The position numbers and the translations under genes were made by a program. DNA of 64,000 nucleotides from Psammoneis japonica. Lineage: Eukaryota. Below, in pieces: positions 61,501 to 64,000 of the stretch (position 1 is the first letter of the stretch; the number at the start of each line of letters is the position of its first letter). The notes beneath the pieces were generated by a model. The model searched no databases and had not been told where the DNA came from. It saw only the letters and a list, made by a program, of their open reading frames with translations. The stretch lies in NCBI GenBank assembly GCA_008632985.1, contig QPGO01000001.1:62001-126000 (forward strand), given 5' to 3'.

Positions 61501-64000
61501 NNNNNNNNCTTGGCGAAACTGTTGACATCTCAGAGTGCCTTGACTTCGGATTCTACGATTGGGTTTGGCACAGGGAGAATGCTGGTCTTGGTGACCAGAA
61601 GCTCGGTAGGTGGCTCGGAGTGTCCCACCGGATTGGCAGTCTAATGTCATGTTACGTGTTGACGCAAACCGGTCGTGTCATGTCGCGAACATCTGTTCAG
61701 CGAGTCACCAACTTGGAAGCTGGCACGCAAGAGAATCAAGATCGTTTCAAGGCTTTTGACGAGGAGATCCAGCGCAGACTTCGTGACCAAGAGTTTCCCA
61801 AAGACGAAGAGCGCAGGATCAGCCCCGAAGACTGGAAGGACTGTCTTGGGTACGACGACGAATTCCTCGACGAGTGCGATCGCGTCATCAGTTCTGAAGA
61901 TGTGTCAAACAAGGACGACGACAAGAAAGACGAGGAAGCCTCCCCGGAAGCGGCGGATTGGGGTCATCTCAATGTGGAGTTGGCTTTGCCGAGAGATGAT
62001 GATGGTCCCGAGTTCGCGCGTGTGACGAAGAGGTTGAGGGATGCGAATGGCATTCCCATTGGGACAGCCAACGACAACCCAATCCTAGATGCTCGAATGT
62101 GTCAGGTGGAGCATCCCGATGGTCACACTGCAGCACTTTCAGCTAACTCTATTGCCATGAACATGTTCGCACAGATTGACGAGGACGGAAATCGGCATGT
62201 TCTGTTTGACGAGATTGCAGACTTCCGTGCGAATGGGGACGTCCCGGAATCCGATTTCTTTGAAACTGAGCAAGGCAACAAGAGGCGGCGCAGGACCACG
62301 AAAGGATGGGAACTCTTGTTCCAATGGAAGGACAGCAGCACTGCTTGGGTTGACCCAAAGGACGCGAAGGAAGGATTCCCTGTCCAGGTCGCCGAGTTCG
62401 CCATCCAACACAAGATCTCGAAGGAGCCGGCGTTTGCTTGGTGGGTTCCGCACTTAATGAGGACCCGCAAGCGTTCTATTGCGAAGGTCAAGTCAAAGCA
62501 TTGGTTGAGAACCCATGAATTTGGCACACGAATTCCCAAGACTGTGAAGGAGGCACTGGAGCTCGATCGTGCGAACGGCAACACCTTGTGGCATGACACC
62601 ATTTGCTTGGAAATGAAGAATGTTCGAGTTGCGTTCGACAAGTTCGAGGGGGACGAAACGGAGCTGCCTCCTGGGCACCAACAAATCGATTGTCACATGA
62701 TTTTTGACATCAAGTTGGGAGAGAACTTTTGGCGCAAGAGCAGGATGGTTGCGGGTGGTCACATGACCGACACCCCAACTGCCATTGCCTGCTCCTCAGT
62801 TGTTTCCAGGGATTCGGCAAGGATTGCCCTTGCACTTGCCGTGCTTGATGACTTGCAAGTCTTTGCCTGCAACATCCAGAATGCCTGCTTGACAGCGCCG
62901 TGCCGAGAGAAAATTTGGACTCGTGCCGGTGAAGAGTTTGGCGCGGAACGCGGTGAGATTGTGATTGTAGTCAGGGCACTCTACGGATTGAAGAGCTCCG
63001 GCGCGGCATTCAGGGCCTTCCTGGCGGAGACGCTTTGTGATCTAGGATGCAAGCCTGGCAAGGCTGATCCCGACGTTTGGATGAGGCCAGCAGTGAAGCC
63101 AGACGGATTCGAGTGCTACGACCACATCTTGGTGTACGTCGACGACTTGCTGTCGATTAGTCATGAGCCGATGAAGACTGTGGATGGTGTCAAGTCGAAG
63201 TTCAAGCTCAAAGACGATAAAGCAGCGGAACCCGAATCCCACTTGGGCGCCAAATTGTCGAAGATGGACCTTGCTGACGGCACCACCTGCTGGACGATGT
63301 CAGCAGAAGATTGCTGCAAGGCGGCGGTCCGGAATGTTGAGGACAAATTGGCCAAGGAAGGAAAACGGCTGCCGAGCAAAGCATGCACACCTTTAAGTGG
63401 CGGATGCAAGCCGGAGTTGGACACTTCGGGCGAACTGGATGCAGAAGGCCTCAACCACTGCCAAGAGCTGATTGGCGTTTTGATTTGGGCCGTGGAATTG
63501 GGTGGGGTCGATGTCATTTTGGAAGTGTCAAATGTGTCGGCTCACCTTGCCTTGCCGCGCATTGGTCACTTGGAACAGGCATTGCATGTCTGTGCATGCC
63601 TCAAACAGGTCCCAAAGCGCCGGGTGGCGTTCGATCCTACGCATCCGGTCATCGACGAGTCTAGGTTCAAGGAGTGCGATTGGTTTGACTTCTGCTGAGA
63701 CGCGCAAGAGGCGATTCCCCCCAACATGCCACCACCTCGAGGTGACGTTGTGTCTGCTCATTGTTTCGTGGATGCCAACCATGCTGGTGACGCATCAACT
63801 CGCCGCAGTCATGCAGGCATTCTGACATTCCTGTGCCGAGCACCCATCATCTGGTGTTCGAAGAGACAGAACACCATGGAGACCAGTGCTTTTGGCGCCG
63901 AGATCGTGGCACTCAAGGTCGTGGTGGAATTTATTGAAGGTCTGAGGTGCAAGCTTCGAATGTTTGGAGTTCCTGTTGAAGGTTCTACAAACGTGTTCTG
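58585..64000 (+). mobile_element. Ty1/copia (CoDi-like) LTR retrotransposon, 5'-deleted, hypermutated, runs off the window
   Basis: TG-starting LTR-like stub 58585-58720; gag 58721-59921; protease LELDSHADT; integrase WATDAVDG...LGRWLGVSHRIG; RT KSRMVAGGH, ALYGLKSSG, YVDDLL; RNase H FVDANHAG...SKRQNT.ETS.FGAE. Order PR-INT-RT-RH. In-frame TGA at 60612 and 63696; N gap 61087-61508. Confidence 0.96.

Noticed and set aside
61087..61508. Poly-X stretch in pol
   Set aside because: Assembly gap of N bases covering part of the integrase.
58721..64000. Alternative genetic code or ADAR/RT hypermutation explaining Tyr loss
   Set aside because: Neighbouring genes use Tyr normally; both A>G and T>C occur on the same strand; non-retro and non-coding DNA are equally affected.
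3030..64000. CpG methylation decay or classical RIP as the sole cause
   Set aside because: CpG decay is present in older blocks but cannot remove TpA, and RIP would increase TpA.

Overview
Eukaryotic genomic DNA, most likely a pennate diatom (short GT-AG introns, CoDi-type Ty1/copia, diatom-style FG-GAP membrane proteins); the organism is inferred, not proven. Intact gene islands carry a FANCJ/RTEL1-type helicase with an inserted PDZ domain, two FG-GAP beta-propeller paralogs, an 11-repeat protein, an SNase-Ada-Zn nuclease, TPP2, a 65-aa secreted peptide, IST1 and a Crinkler-like HNH gene. These alternate, with sharp borders, with blocks of transposons, tandem repeats and duplicated host-gene copies (about 3.0-9.3, 16.5-18.0, 24.0-26.0, 28.9-30.9, 32.2-51.9, 52.9-54.6 and 58.7-64 kb). 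The main signal is that TpA has been systematically converted to TpG or CpA in those blocks (A:T to G:C on both strands, favouring TAY/RTA and sparing YTAR), turning Tyr codons into Cys/His. This looks like a RIP-like, repeat-targeted hypermutation of opposite polarity to fungal RIP. Internal controls support it: a decayed IST1 copy against its intact parent, the two arms of a foldback, a copia that lost TpA but kept most CpG, and a nested-insertion chronology. Several intact genes have single-base frameshifts that look like assembly indels. One N gap lies at 61087-61508. All counts are by eye and no database searches were run.
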